This document shows, one piece after another, positions 9,654 through 18,448 of a DNA stretch of 64,000 nt. The stretch is from Dehalococcoidia bacterium. Lineage in GTDB: Bacteria; Chloroflexota; Dehalococcoidia; Lucifugimonadales; CBDBON01. Where the stretch lies: positions 2,656,650 to 2,720,649 of the forward strand of contig OZ240240.1 in assembly GCA_965198105.1 (NCBI GenBank), given 5' to 3'. The notes below the pieces were generated by a model. That model did no database searches, had not been told where the DNA came from, and saw only the letters and a list, made by a program, of their open reading frames with translations. Position 1 is the first letter of the stretch, and the number at the start of each line of letters is the position of its first letter. The position numbers and the translations under genes were made by a program.

Positions 9654-10709
9654 CTATCCGGCGCTGCGGGCAACATCTTGCGTACGCGCCACCGACTGCG
9701 TCAAGCGGTCGATTATGATGGCGAGGAATACGATGGCGAGGCCGGCGAGCAGGCCGTTGCCCGGGTCGTTCTTCTGGAGCGCGCGGTTCACGTTGTCGCC
9801 CAGGCCGCCGGCGGCCACGAGGCTGGCGATGGTCACCATTGCCAGGGCCATCATGGTGGTCTGGTTGATGCCGGCCATGATCGTGGGCAGGGCCATGGGA
9901 ATCTGGACCTTGGTGAGTATCTGCCAGGGCGATGATCCGAAGGACCGCGCGGCTTCGACCGTCTCGAAGGACACCTGGCGGATTCCCAGGTTGGTCAGCC
10001 GGATTACCGGGGGGAGCGCGTATATGATGGTGGCGAAGATGCCGGCCGGCTTCCCCAGACCGAAGAAGAGGATGCCGGGCAGCAGGTAGACGAAGCTGGG
10101 CATCGTCTGCATCCCGTCCAGGATGGGGCGCATCAGGTTGTCCACCACCTGGCTGCGGGCGCCCAGCACGCCCAGTGGAAGACCGATCGACACCGCGACC
10201 GCCACGGCCACCACCATCAGCGCGATGGTATCCAGCGTGTTCGACCAGAGGCCCATGAAGCCGATCGACAGCAGGGCGAGAGAGGTGAAGACCAGGAGAC
10301 TCAGACGTCCGACCGCGAAGGACAGGAGGGCAAGGCCGACCACGACGGCCGGCCAGGGCAGCCAATTCAAGACCCGCTCGATGTTGACCAGCGCGTGGGT
10401 GACCGCCGTGCTCAGCCCGTCGAACAGCCAGGCGCCCTCCACCGTCATCCAGGAGACCACATCGTCGATGGCGCCGCCGGTGACGTCCCGCAGCGATCTC
10501 TCCAGGGTCATGGAGCCGTCGCTGGAAAGCTCGCGGGACACCGTGGTGGGGAATTCCATCTCCGGACCCCAGATCAGCAGGCTTGCCAGCAGCACCACGA
10601 CGACCGCCGCCGCCCCAATGGACCAGAGGTATATGGGCGGGAGGTCCGGCAGAGCGCTGAGAGGCTGCGAGGTTTCGGCGTCTGATTGAAGGTCCTGCGT
10701 CCGGGCCAT
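9654..10709 (-). CDS. proW: glycine betaine/proline-type ABC transporter permease
   Basis: RPILDGMQTMPSFVYL, EAARSFGSS (EAA loop) and AGINQTTMMALAM; GGAGG SD before ATG 10709. Confidence 0.9.
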   Translation of the reverse strand: MARTQDLQSDAETSQPLSALPDLPPIYLWSIGAAAVVVVLLASLLIWGPEMEFPTTVSRELSSDGSMTLERSLRDVTGGAIDDVVSWMTVEGAWLFDGLSTAVTHALVNIERVLNWLPWPAVVVGLALLSFAVGRLSLLVFTSLALLSIGFMGLWSNTLDTIALMVVAVAVAVSIGLPLGVLGARSQVVDNLMRPILDGMQTMPSFVYLLPGILFFGLGKPAGIFATIIYALPPVIRLTNLGIRQVSFETVEAARSFGSSPWQILTKVQIPMALPTIMAGINQTTMMALAMVTIASLVAAGGLGDNVNRALQKNDPGNGLLAGLAIVFLAIIIDRLTQSVARTQDVARSAG

Positions 10710-10719
10710 GCGAAGCCTC

Positions 10720-11913
10720 CTAACTGCTGTCTGACATGCCCGTGAGCAGGGCGCCCCTGCGAATCTCGCCCAGCAGGCTCCCTTTGTCGCCAACCACTGC
10801 GATCGGATATTCGGACTGGGCCGCTATCGGGATCACCTCTTCGATGTAGGCCTCGGGGCTTGTGGTGAGTGCCGAGGCGACCTGCGCTCCCTCCAGTGAC
10901 CCTGTGCGCCGGGACGCGAGAGCCTTCGCCCGCTCCTCGGTCAGAACTCCTCGCAGCGTGAAGTCGCGCGCTATGAGGAACACCGCGTCAAGGCCATGGT
11001 TGTCCATGGTGAGCAGGGCCGCGCGAGGCCCCTGCCATTCGTACACCACGGCTTCGGGCTCCTGCATGATCGCCTTCGCCTGGATGACCTTCGCCCTGGA
11101 GACGTCCCGTACGAACTCGGTCACGTACTCGTCGGTCGGCAGCGTGACGATCTCCTCGGGCGAACCCTCCTGGATGATCTCCCCGTCCCGCATGATGGCG
11201 ATGCGGTCGCCTATCTTGAGAGCCTCGTTCAAGTCGTGGGTGATGAAGACGATGGTCTTGTGAAGCTCCGACTGCAAGGCGACCAGCTCGTCCTGCATCT
11301 CCCGCCGTATGAGGGGGTCCAGGCCGCTGAAAGGCTCGTCCATGAGCAGCACCTCGGAGTTCACAGCCAACGCCCTGGCGAGGCCGACGCGTTGCTGCAT
11401 CCCGCCGCTCATCTCGCGCGGGTAGTAGTCCTCCCAGCCCTTGAGTCCCACGGTCTCGATGGCCTCCGCCGCGGCGCTGTACCTCGCTTCCTTGTCCATC
11501 CCCCTTATCTCCAGGCCGTACGCCACGTTGTCCATCACGCGGCGGTGCGGGAGTAGAGCGTAGTGCTGGAAGACCATCGCAACCTTGTCGCGCCGGAACT
11601 GGATCAGCTGCTCCGAGGAGTAGGTGAGGACGTCCTCGCCATCGAAGCGTATCCGCCCCAACGTAGGCTCTATGAGCCTGATGAGGCAGCGCACCAGGGT
11701 CGACTTGCCGCTGCCGGAGAGCCCCATGACGACGAATATCTCTCCACGCTTCACCTGAAAAGAGACGTCCCGGAGCCCGACCACCAGGCCGAGCTCCTCC
11801 TGGATATCGGCCCGGCTCCTCGAAGCCTGTTCCGATTCCAGGGCGCGTTCGGGCCTGTCGCCGAACACCTTCCAGAGGTTGGCGACCTCTATCTGATAGC
11901 CATCTTCATCCAT
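10720..11913 (-). CDS. proV: glycine betaine/proline-type ABC transporter ATP-binding protein
   Basis: MGLSGSGKST, MSGGMQQRVGLARAL, LLMDEPFSGLDP and ITHDLNEA motifs; CBS-like C-terminus. Confidence 0.92.
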   Translation of the reverse strand: MDEDGYQIEVANLWKVFGDRPERALESEQASRSRADIQEELGLVVGLRDVSFQVKRGEIFVVMGLSGSGKSTLVRCLIRLIEPTLGRIRFDGEDVLTYSSEQLIQFRRDKVAMVFQHYALLPHRRVMDNVAYGLEIRGMDKEARYSAAAEAIETVGLKGWEDYYPREMSGGMQQRVGLARALAVNSEVLLMDEPFSGLDPLIRREMQDELVALQSELHKTIVFITHDLNEALKIGDRIAIMRDGEIIQEGSPEEIVTLPTDEYVTEFVRDVSRAKVIQAKAIMQEPEAVVYEWQGPRAALLTMDNHGLDAVFLIARDFTLRGVLTEERAKALASRRTGSLEGAQVASALTTSPEAYIEEVIPIAAQSEYPIAVVGDKGSLLGEIRRGALLTGMSDSS

Positions 11914-12026
11914 ATCGAGACATGGCTCCCTCCGGCCGGCGCGGCTCGCACTTCCGGCGAGCGGCGGGCGGGATGCCTCGTCTACCATACCACAGCCTTC
12001 TGTGAGGGCGACGATGGAGGTGTAGT

Positions 12027-12056
12027 TTGACAGATGGAGGATTGAGTGTATAGGAT
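12027..12056 (+). promoter_or_regulatory. sigma70-like promoter of the thi operon
   Basis: TTGACA (12027-12032), 18-bp spacer, TAGGAT (12051-12056), about 20 nt before the riboswitch. Confidence 0.55.
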
Positions 12057-12075
12057 TAGCATCGGAACAAAAAAA

Positions 12076-12166
12076 GCCAGGGGGAGCTCGGAATGCCGGG
12101 CTGAGAGGGCAGCCGTGACGCTGTCGACCCCTTGAACCTGATCTGGGTAATGCCAGCGAAGGGAAG
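12076..12166 (+). ncRNA. TPP (thi-box) riboswitch
   Basis: GGGGAGC...GCTGAGAG...GACCC-TTGAACCTGATCTGGGTAATGCCAGCGAAGGGA matches the TPP aptamer consensus; lies upstream of thiamine genes. Confidence 0.97.
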
Positions 12167-12186
12167 AGGCATCTTCTCGAATCCTA

Positions 12187-12218
12187 AAGGCCGCCCAGAA
12201 GACCGGGCGGCCTTTTTT
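12187..12218 (+). terminator. intrinsic terminator (riboswitch expression platform)
   Basis: GGCCGCCC-loop-GGGCGGCC followed by TTTTTT, between the aptamer and thiB. Confidence 0.85.
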
Positions 12219-12326
12219 GTTGGCCCGGCAGGGCCGGGCTTATCGACGCGCCTATGCCGAATCGGAACAGTCACGATCGACGAAAAGCAAGCTCCTTCAC
12301 GAACCGAAAAAGAGGAGACGGGAAGA

Positions 12327-13454
12327 GTGACTAGACATCTGTTGCTGATCCTTGGAGCAGCGGCCGCGCTGCTGGCCGCCGCGGCGTGCGGCGACGACCC
12401 TGGTGAGACGACCGCGCCCGCCGCGTCGTCTCCTTCGCCGACAACCGCGCCGTCCCCTGCGCCGACGACCGCTCCCGCCGCGCCGCAGGAGCTGGTGGTG
12501 ATGGTGCATAGCGCCTTCGACATCGGCGAGGAGATCATCGCCGAGTTCGAGGAGGCCAACAACGCCAAGATCGTCATCCTCGAGGCCGGGAGCTCGGGCG
12601 AGGTGCTCAACCGGGCGGTGCTGGAGAAGGGCAACCCGTCCGCGGACCTCCTGTACGGCATCGACAACACCTTCTTGGGACGCGCTTTGAAGGAGGGCAT
12701 ATTCGTCCCCTACGAGTCGCCCATGCTGTCGAACGTCCCCGATCACCTGGTGCTGGACGAGAGCTTCCACGTCACCCCGGTCGACTACGGGTACGTCAAC
12801 ATCAACTACGACAAGGCGGCGCTGGCGGAGGCCGGAATGCAGCCTCCGGCTACTCTGGAGGAGCTCACGCAGCCGGAGTGGGAGGGCAGGCTCGTCGTCC
12901 AGAACCCGTCCACCTCATCGCCCGGCCTCGCCTTCCTGATAGCGACCGTCTCCTACTTCGGCGAGGACGACGACTACGACTATCTGGACTTCTGGGCCGA
13001 CCTGAAGGCGAACGGTCTGCTGGTCAAGGACAGCTGGAGCGACGCCTACTACACCGACTTCAGCAAGTACGGCGGCGACCGTCCGCTGGTAGTCTCCTAT
13101 GCCACCAGCCCCGCGGCCGAGGTCTTCTTCTCCGAGGTGGAGCTGAGCGAGCCTCCCACCGGCAACGTCCTGGTCGACAAGGCCACCTTCCTCCAGATCG
13201 AGGGCATCGGAATCCTGAAGGGAAGCGACCGCGTCGAGTTGGCCCGGAAGTTCATAGACTACGTGCTGGGCACGAGGTTCCAGGAGAACTTCCCGGACAA
13301 GATGTTCGTCTACCCCGTCAACAGCCAGGCCGTGACGCCTGACTTCTTCAGATTCGCAGAGGTGCCGACCCTGCCGTCGGACATCGGTCCGGCGGAGATC
13401 GGCGAGAAGCGCGAGGAGTGGATCGACGCCTGGACACGGGTCGTCCTGAGGTAG
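12327..13454 (+). CDS. thiB: thiamine ABC transporter substrate-binding lipoprotein
   Basis: Lipobox AAAC, P/T/A-rich linker, ADLLYGIDNT, PVDYGYVNINYD, NPSTSSPGLAF, SWSDAY and VSYATSPAAE motifs; GTG start with GAGGAG SD. Confidence 0.93.
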   Translation: MTRHLLLILGAAAALLAAAACGDDPGETTAPAASSPSPTTAPSPAPTTAPAAPQELVVMVHSAFDIGEEIIAEFEEANNAKIVILEAGSSGEVLNRAVLEKGNPSADLLYGIDNTFLGRALKEGIFVPYESPMLSNVPDHLVLDESFHVTPVDYGYVNINYDKAALAEAGMQPPATLEELTQPEWEGRLVVQNPSTSSPGLAFLIATVSYFGEDDDYDYLDFWADLKANGLLVKDSWSDAYYTDFSKYGGDRPLVVSYATSPAAEVFFSEVELSEPPTGNVLVDKATFLQIEGIGILKGSDRVELARKFIDYVLGTRFQENFPDKMFVYPVNSQAVTPDFFRFAEVPTLPSDIGPAEIGEKREEWIDAWTRVVLR

Positions 13455-13460
13455 CGCCAA

Positions 13461-13543
13461 TCCCTCCCCCTCCCCTGCGGGAGAGGGTGGCGTAAATCCC
13501 TTCCCCCGGCTCCGCGGGGGAAGGCTAGGATGGGGGTTCCCCA
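13461..13543. repeat. two REP-like palindromes (families B and A) at the thiB-thiD junction
   Basis: CCCTCCCC-tgc-GGGAGAGGG, then CCCTTCCCCC-ggctccgc-GGGGGAAGG-CTAGGATGGGGG. Confidence 0.85.
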
Positions 13544-14387
13544 CGTGAAGGTCGTCGCGACCATAGCCGGCTCCGACTCCGGCGGAGGCGCGGGCATCCA
13601 AGCCGACCTGCGCGCGATCACCGCCAACGGCGGCTTCGGAGCGTCGATAGTCACCGCCATAACCGCGCAGAACACGGTGGCCGTCACGATGTCGCAGGAG
13701 ATGGCTCCCGCGATGATCGACGCCCAGTTCGACGCCGTCTTCGGCGACATGCGCGTCGCGGCCGTCAAGACGGGGATGCTCGCCAGCGGGCGGGTGATCG
13801 AGACTGTCGCCGCCGCGCTCCGGCGGCACAGGCCCCCTTTCTTCGTCCTCGACCCCGTAATGGTGTCCAAGTCGGGCTACCGCCTGCTCGAAGAGCAGGC
13901 GGTAGCGGCGCTCCGCGAGACGCTCTTCCCGCTGGCGACGGTGATCACGCCAAACGTCCACGAGGCCGAGACCCTGACCGGACGAACGGTCCGGTCGGTC
14001 GCCGACGCCGAGAATATCGGACGAGAAATACTGAGCTATGGCCCCGGGGCGGTTCTGGTCAAGGGAGGCCACCTGATCTCCGAGCCGGCGACAGACGTGC
14101 TCGTCACCGAGGAGGGATCGACCACCCTTCCCGGCGAGTGGATCGACACGAAGCACACGCACGGAACAGGCTGCACCTACTCGGCGGCCATAGCCACTCA
14201 CCTCGCCCGCGGCCGCTCGCTCGCCCATGCGGCGCGCCTGTCCAAGGCCTACGTGACCGAGGCGATACGCGGCGGTCTTGCGATCGGAGAGGGGAGCGGC
14301 CCCACCGACCACCTATTCTACGCCCGGAGGCCGGAGCTCCACGAGTGGGCCGAGCGGCTCGGCCTCGCCCGGTCCTGGGCCGAGTAG
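13530..14387 (+). CDS. thiD: hydroxymethylpyrimidine/phosphomethylpyrimidine kinase
   Basis: IAGSDSGGGAGIQAD, VKTGML, DPVMVSKSG, VKGGH and HTHGTGCTYSAA motifs; GTG at 13545 is an alternative start. Confidence 0.95.
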   Translation: MGVPHVKVVATIAGSDSGGGAGIQADLRAITANGGFGASIVTAITAQNTVAVTMSQEMAPAMIDAQFDAVFGDMRVAAVKTGMLASGRVIETVAAALRRHRPPFFVLDPVMVSKSGYRLLEEQAVAALRETLFPLATVITPNVHEAETLTGRTVRSVADAENIGREILSYGPGAVLVKGGHLISEPATDVLVTEEGSTTLPGEWIDTKHTHGTGCTYSAAIATHLARGRSLAHAARLSKAYVTEAIRGGLAIGEGSGPTDHLFYARRPELHEWAERLGLARSWAE

Positions 14388-14489
14388 CACAGGAGGCCTC
14401 AGCCCTGAACAGCCCAGCCTCAAAGGTCCCCTCTCCCCTTTGCGGGAGAGGGTTAGGGTGAGGGGGGACAGCGTGAATCGCAAAAACTT

Positions 14490-15755
14490 ATGAACAGCCC
14501 AAGTACACCCCATCCGTCATTCCCGCGAAAGCGGGAATCCATCCCCCCGATTCCGAAGAGCGCAGAGATCGTCGTCATCGGCGCGGGCGTCATCGGCCTG
14601 TCCATCGCCTTCGAGCTGGCGCGGCGCGGCAGAGCCCCGGTCGTCCTGGAGAGGGACCGGGTAGGCGCCGGCGCCGCCTCGGCGGCGGCGGGAATGCTGG
14701 CGCCCGTCTCGGAGGCCGAGGCCGAGGAGCCGGCGCTGGTCGACCTCGCCGTCGACAGCCATCGGCGATACCCCGAGTTCGTCGCAGCCGTCGAGGAGGC
14801 GTCGGGCATCTCGTGCGGGTTCCGGAGAGAGGGCACGCTGATCGTCGCCCTGGGACGGGACCATGAGGCCGACCTCCACCACCTGCGCGAGGCCCAGCGG
14901 TCGCGCGGACTCACGGCCGTGTCGCTGACCGCGGACGAGGTGTTCGCGCTCGAGCCGCATCTGAGCGGATGGGTGACGGCCGGCCTCCTGGCCGCCGAGG
15001 ACTATCAGGTGGACCCCAGGCTGCTGCTGGCCGCGCTGAACGCCGCCGCCGGAGCGATGGGAGTCCGGGTGATCGAAGGGGTGAGGGCGACGGCCGTCGC
15101 CCCCTCGTCGAGCGGTACGAGGGTGCTGGCCGATGCCGGCGGCGTGGAGGTGGAGATCGAGTGCGACGCCGCGGTCGTCGCGGCGGGAGCCTGGATCGAC
15201 GGGCTTCTAACGCCCGCGGGAGCGTTCGGCGTCCGGCCGGTCAAGGGCCAGGTCGTGCGCCTGAGGGCGCCCCATCTCATCGATCACGTGCTCCGGACGC
15301 CCGACGTCTACGTGCTGCAGCGGGAGAGCGGCGAGCTGGTCATAGGAGCGACAGTGGAGGAGCAGGGCTTCGACGCCGCGCCGACGGCGGGAGCGGTGAT
15401 GGACCTCCTCCGCAGCGCCTGGCATCTACTGCCGGCGGTCTACGACTGCGAGCTCGCGGAGGTGAGCGTCGGCTTTCGCCCCGCCTCCCGCGACCACGCC
15501 CCCATCATCGGAGAGACGGAGACCGGGGGAGTCTTCGTCGCTACAGGGCACTACCGGCACGGCGTGCTCCTCGCGCCCGCCACCGCGCACCTCCTCTCCG
15601 ACATGATCACCGGAGGAGTCCGCTCCGATCTGCTGGCGCGGTTCGATCCCTCCCTCCGGTCCTCCTCCCTTCCCCCGGCTCCGCGGGGGAAGGCTCCCGC
15701 CTCTATCCCTTCCCCCGGCTCCGAGGGGGAAGGTCAGGATGGGGGTCCCCCATGA
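14490..15755 (+). CDS. thiO: glycine oxidase
   Basis: IGAGVIG, ASAAAAGMLAP, VKGQ, GFRP and GHYRHGVLLAP motifs; thi operon context. Confidence 0.92.
   Translation: MNSPSTPHPSFPRKRESIPPIPKSAEIVVIGAGVIGLSIAFELARRGRAPVVLERDRVGAGAASAAAGMLAPVSEAEAEEPALVDLAVDSHRRYPEFVAAVEEASGISCGFRREGTLIVALGRDHEADLHHLREAQRSRGLTAVSLTADEVFALEPHLSGWVTAGLLAAEDYQVDPRLLLAALNAAAGAMGVRVIEGVRATAVAPSSSGTRVLADAGGVEVEIECDAAVVAAGAWIDGLLTPAGAFGVRPVKGQVVRLRAPHLIDHVLRTPDVYVLQRESGELVIGATVEEQGFDAAPTAGAVMDLLRSAWHLLPAVYDCELAEVSVGFRPASRDHAPIIGETETGGVFVATGHYRHGVLLAPATAHLLSDMITGGVRSDLLARFDPSLRSSSLPPAPRGKAPASIPSPGSEGEGQDGGPP
14515..14541 (+). repeat. CGTC-tagged palindrome (ATTCCC-N8-GGGAAT) inside the thiO 5' coding region
   Basis: CGTCATTCCCGCGAAAGCGGGAATCCA; second copy at 15985-16011, reversed variant at 42771-42798. 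Confidence 0.88.
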
Positions 15756-15961
15756 GGACGATCACGGTCAACGGAGAGGCGCGCGCCGCTCCCGGCGGGG
15801 GCACCGTCGCCGCCCTTCTCACGGAGATGGGAGTGCCTCTAGACAGACGGGGGGTCGCCGTCGCCGTCAACGGGGAGATCGTCTCCAGGGAGCGGTGGGG
15901 CTCCGCGCCCCTGGACGAGGGCGACCACGTGGACCTGGTGAGGCCCGTGCAAGGAGGCTGA
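15752..15961 (+). CDS. thiS: sulfur carrier protein
   Basis: MRTITVNGE...[10 protein letters not shown]...C-terminal VQGG; ATGA overlap with the thiO stop. Confidence 0.95.
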   Translation: MRTITVNGEARAAPGGGTVAALLTEMGVPLDRRGVAVAVNGEIVSRERWGSAPLDEGDHVDLVRPVQGG

Positions 15962-15962
15962 G

Positions 15963-16841
15963 ATGAGCCGGAATCCTACACCTCCGTCATTCCCGCGAAG
16001 ACGGGAATCCATCCCTGCCAACCACGATGACCGGTGGGATCTGGCCGGACTGCCCCTGAGCTCCAGGCTCATCATGGGCACGGCCAGGTATCCGAGCCGT
16101 CAGGTGCTCCTCGACTCCCTGGCGGTGTCCGGCGCCGAGATGGTGACGGTGGCCCTGCGCCGCGTCGGAGTCGGCGCAGGCGATGAGAACCTGTACGAGG
16201 TGCTGTCGGGTGCGGGCTACGCGCTGCTGCCCAACACTGCCGGATGCTTCACGGCGAGGGACGCCGTGCTCACCGCGGAGCTTGCGCGGGAGGCGCTCGG
16301 CACCGATCTGATCAAGCTGGAGGTGATCGCCGACGACGCGACCCTGCTCCCGGACGGCGAGAAGCTGCTGGCCGCGGCCCGCACTCTGGTGGACAAGGGC
16401 TTCAAGGTGCTCCCCTACACCAACGACGATCCGATACTGGCGCTGAAGCTGGAGGACATCGGCTGCGCGGCCGTCATGCCCCTGGGGGCTCCCATCGGAT
16501 CGGGGCTGGGAATCCGCAACCCCCACAACATCCAGCTCATCAAGTCGCGCGCGGCCGTCCCGGTGATAGTGGACGCGGGCGTCGGCACCGCCTCCGACGT
16601 CGCGGTGGCCTTCGAGCTGGGATGCGACGCCGTGCTGCTCAACAGCGCCGTCGCCCGCGCCCAGGACCCGGTCCGCATGGCGAGGGCGGTCGGACACGCG
16701 GCGGTCTCCGGCCGGGAGGCGTTCCTGGCGGGAAGGATGCCCCGGAAGTTCTACGCGGAGCCGACCAGCCCGATGGCGGGGCGCGTCGAGGCCGCGCCCA
16801 CACGAAGAATCCCTTCCCCCGCAGAGCCGGGGGAAGGTTAG
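15963..16841 (+). CDS. thiG: thiazole synthase
   Basis: [37 protein letters not shown] and LLNSAVA motifs. Confidence 0.97.
   Translation: MSRNPTPPSFPRRRESIPANHDDRWDLAGLPLSSRLIMGTARYPSRQVLLDSLAVSGAEMVTVALRRVGVGAGDENLYEVLSGAGYALLPNTAGCFTARDAVLTAELAREALGTDLIKLEVIADDATLLPDGEKLLAAARTLVDKGFKVLPYTNDDPILALKLEDIGCAAVMPLGAPIGSGLGIRNPHNIQLIKSRAAVPVIVDAGVGTASDVAVAFELGCDAVLLNSAVARAQDPVRMARAVGHAAVSGREAFLAGRMPRKFYAEPTSPMAGRVEAAPTRRIPSPAEPGEG
15985..16011 (+). repeat. CGTC-tagged palindrome inside the thiG 5' coding region
   Basis: CGTCATTCCCGCGAAGACGGGAATCCA. Confidence 0.88.
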
Positions 16842-16854
16842 GATGGGGGTTCTC

Positions 16855-17475
16855 ATGAGACTGTCCGAGGATCTCTGGAGGGAGTCGTCCGATCTCGCGG
16901 ACGCCTGTCTGAACCATCCCTTCGTCAGAGGGCTGGCGGACGGGTCGCTGCCGCCGGAGCGCTACGCCCTGTTCATCGCGCAGGACGCATTCTTCCTGGA
17001 GGTGGACGCCCGCGCCTACGCGGCCGGGGTCTACCGCTCGCCGGACGCGGAGAGCCGTCGCGACTGGCACGAGCTCCAGTGCGGAGTGTTCGAGGAGCTG
17101 AAGCTGCACGGGGGCGCGGCGAAGAGGCTCGGCATCGATCTCGACCGTGTGACGCCCCTCGGGGCGACGAGGGCGTACACCGACTTCCTGCTCGCCAACA
17201 CCTTCGGCGGCACCCTGGCCGAGCTGGCCGCCTCCGTCGCCCCGTGCGTCCGCCTCTACTGTCACCTCGGCACACGCATCGTCGCGGAGGGCCACCCGCC
17301 CCACGACTACACGCAGTGGGCCGAGACCTACGCGGACCTGTCGTTCAGCGGGCTGGTCGAGCGGATCGAGAGACTGCTGGACCGCCACGCCGGCCGCACG
17401 CAGGGAGAGCGCGACAGATACCGGCAGGCGATGAGGCTGGAGCTGGAGTTCTTCGAGCAGGCCTGGACCGGCTGA
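16855..17475 (+). CDS. tenA: thiaminase II / TenA family protein
   Basis: HPFVRGL, FIAQDAFFL, YTDFL, APCVRLY, WAETY and ELEFFEQAW motifs; an upstream ATG at 16843 lies inside a repeat. Confidence 0.9.
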   Translation: MRLSEDLWRESSDLADACLNHPFVRGLADGSLPPERYALFIAQDAFFLEVDARAYAAGVYRSPDAESRRDWHELQCGVFEELKLHGGAAKRLGIDLDRVTPLGATRAYTDFLLANTFGGTLAELAASVAPCVRLYCHLGTRIVAEGHPPHDYTQWAETYADLSFSGLVERIERLLDRHAGRTQGERDRYRQAMRLELEFFEQAWTG

Positions 17476-17485
17476 GACTCTCCCC

Positions 17486-18115
17486 TTGTCCGCTACGATT
17501 CCCCGCCTGATGCTCGTAACGGACCGTGGCGCAACCGGAGGGCGCGGTCTCGTCGAGGTTGTCTCGGCCGCGGTGGAGGGGGGCGCGGACGCCGTTCAGG
17601 TGCGGGAGAAGGACCTCGCCGACGGGGAGCTCCGGGAGCTGGTGATGCGGGTCCAGCAAGCGGTGGCGGGACGGGCCCTCGTGCTGGTGAACGGCCGCCC
17701 CTCCGTCGCCGCGGAGACCGGCGCCGGTCTCCACCTCCCCGCGGACGCGCCGGCTCCCCGCCAACGGTTCCCGGTGTGGGGACGGTCGGTCCACTCCCCG
17801 GGGGAGGCGGGCCGCCGGATGGAAGAGGGGCCCGGCTACCTGCTGGTGGGCCACGTCTTCGAGACGGATTCGAAGCCCGGCCGGCCGGGGGGAGGTCTGG
17901 GACTGGTCAGGGAGACGGTGGAGGCTGCCGACAGCCTGTCCGTGCTGGCCATCGGGGGAATAGACGAGCGCAACGCGGGCGCCGTGATCGGCGCGGGCGC
18001 GGCGGGTGTCGCGGTCCGCGGAGCCGTTCTCCATGCGCGGGAGCCGGGGAAGGCGGCGAGGAGCATCCGGGAGGCCGTCGACCGCGCGCTAGGCAGGACC
18101 GAGGGTGTCCGTTGA
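17486..18115 (+). CDS. tenI: ThiE/TenI-family protein, motifs closer to thiazole tautomerase TenI
   Basis: VNGR, GRSVHS, GHVFETDSK and AIGG motifs; lacks the ThiE ND[D/R] and GP-x-F-x-T-x-TK signatures. Confidence 0.65.
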   Translation: MSATIPRLMLVTDRGATGGRGLVEVVSAAVEGGADAVQVREKDLADGELRELVMRVQQAVAGRALVLVNGRPSVAAETGAGLHLPADAPAPRQRFPVWGRSVHSPGEAGRRMEEGPGYLLVGHVFETDSKPGRPGGGLGLVRETVEAADSLSVLAIGGIDERNAGAVIGAGAAGVAVRGAVLHAREPGKAARSIREAVDRALGRTEGVR

Positions 18116-18144
18116 CGCATGACATTTCTGGACAACCCTTGCAA

Positions 18145-18448
18145 ACGCGGGAATCCCTGACCCCCATCCCCGTATCAAGTACGGGGCAGGCTCTAACCTT
18201 CCCCCGGCTCGCCGGGGGAAGGGATAAGAGGCTGTTTTTCCTCTTCCCCCGTCTACGGGGGAAGACTGAGATGGGGGACTCTTTCTCCTTCGGCGCCATA
18301 GAGGGGAGCGCCCCCTCTCCCTCAACGGGAGAGGGCTGGGATGAGAGTGCTCTCCCCTCCTCCCCCATCCGCAGAAGAAGATTTCATCCTGTCCATCCTG
18401 TCTATCCATGTCCTTTCCCCTCCCCCAGCGGGAGAGGGCCGGGATGAG
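18145..18448. repeat. mosaic cluster of several palindromic repeat families
   Basis: Partial GCGGGAATCC; CCCCGTATCAAGTACGGGG; two CTTCCCCC..GGGGGAAG units; two CCCTCTCCC..GGGAGAGGG units; ATCCTGTCCATCCTGTCTATCC. Confidence 0.85.

Noticed and set aside
11911-11923. Out-of-frame ATG (11923) with the best SD ahead of proV, giving MSRYG*
   Set aside because: It could be a one-base indel or sequencing error; the in-frame ATG at 11913 gives a complete protein, so a regulatory uORF is not supported.
12132-12326. N-terminal 65-codon extension of the thiB ORF in the track
   Set aside because: It overlaps the TPP aptamer and terminator; the lipoprotein signal begins at GTG 12327 behind an SD.
14400-14500. 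IS-end-like (C/A)TGAACAGCCC motif twice near the thiO start
   Set aside because: Both copies have the same orientation, with no inverted partner or TSD, so no element can be defined.
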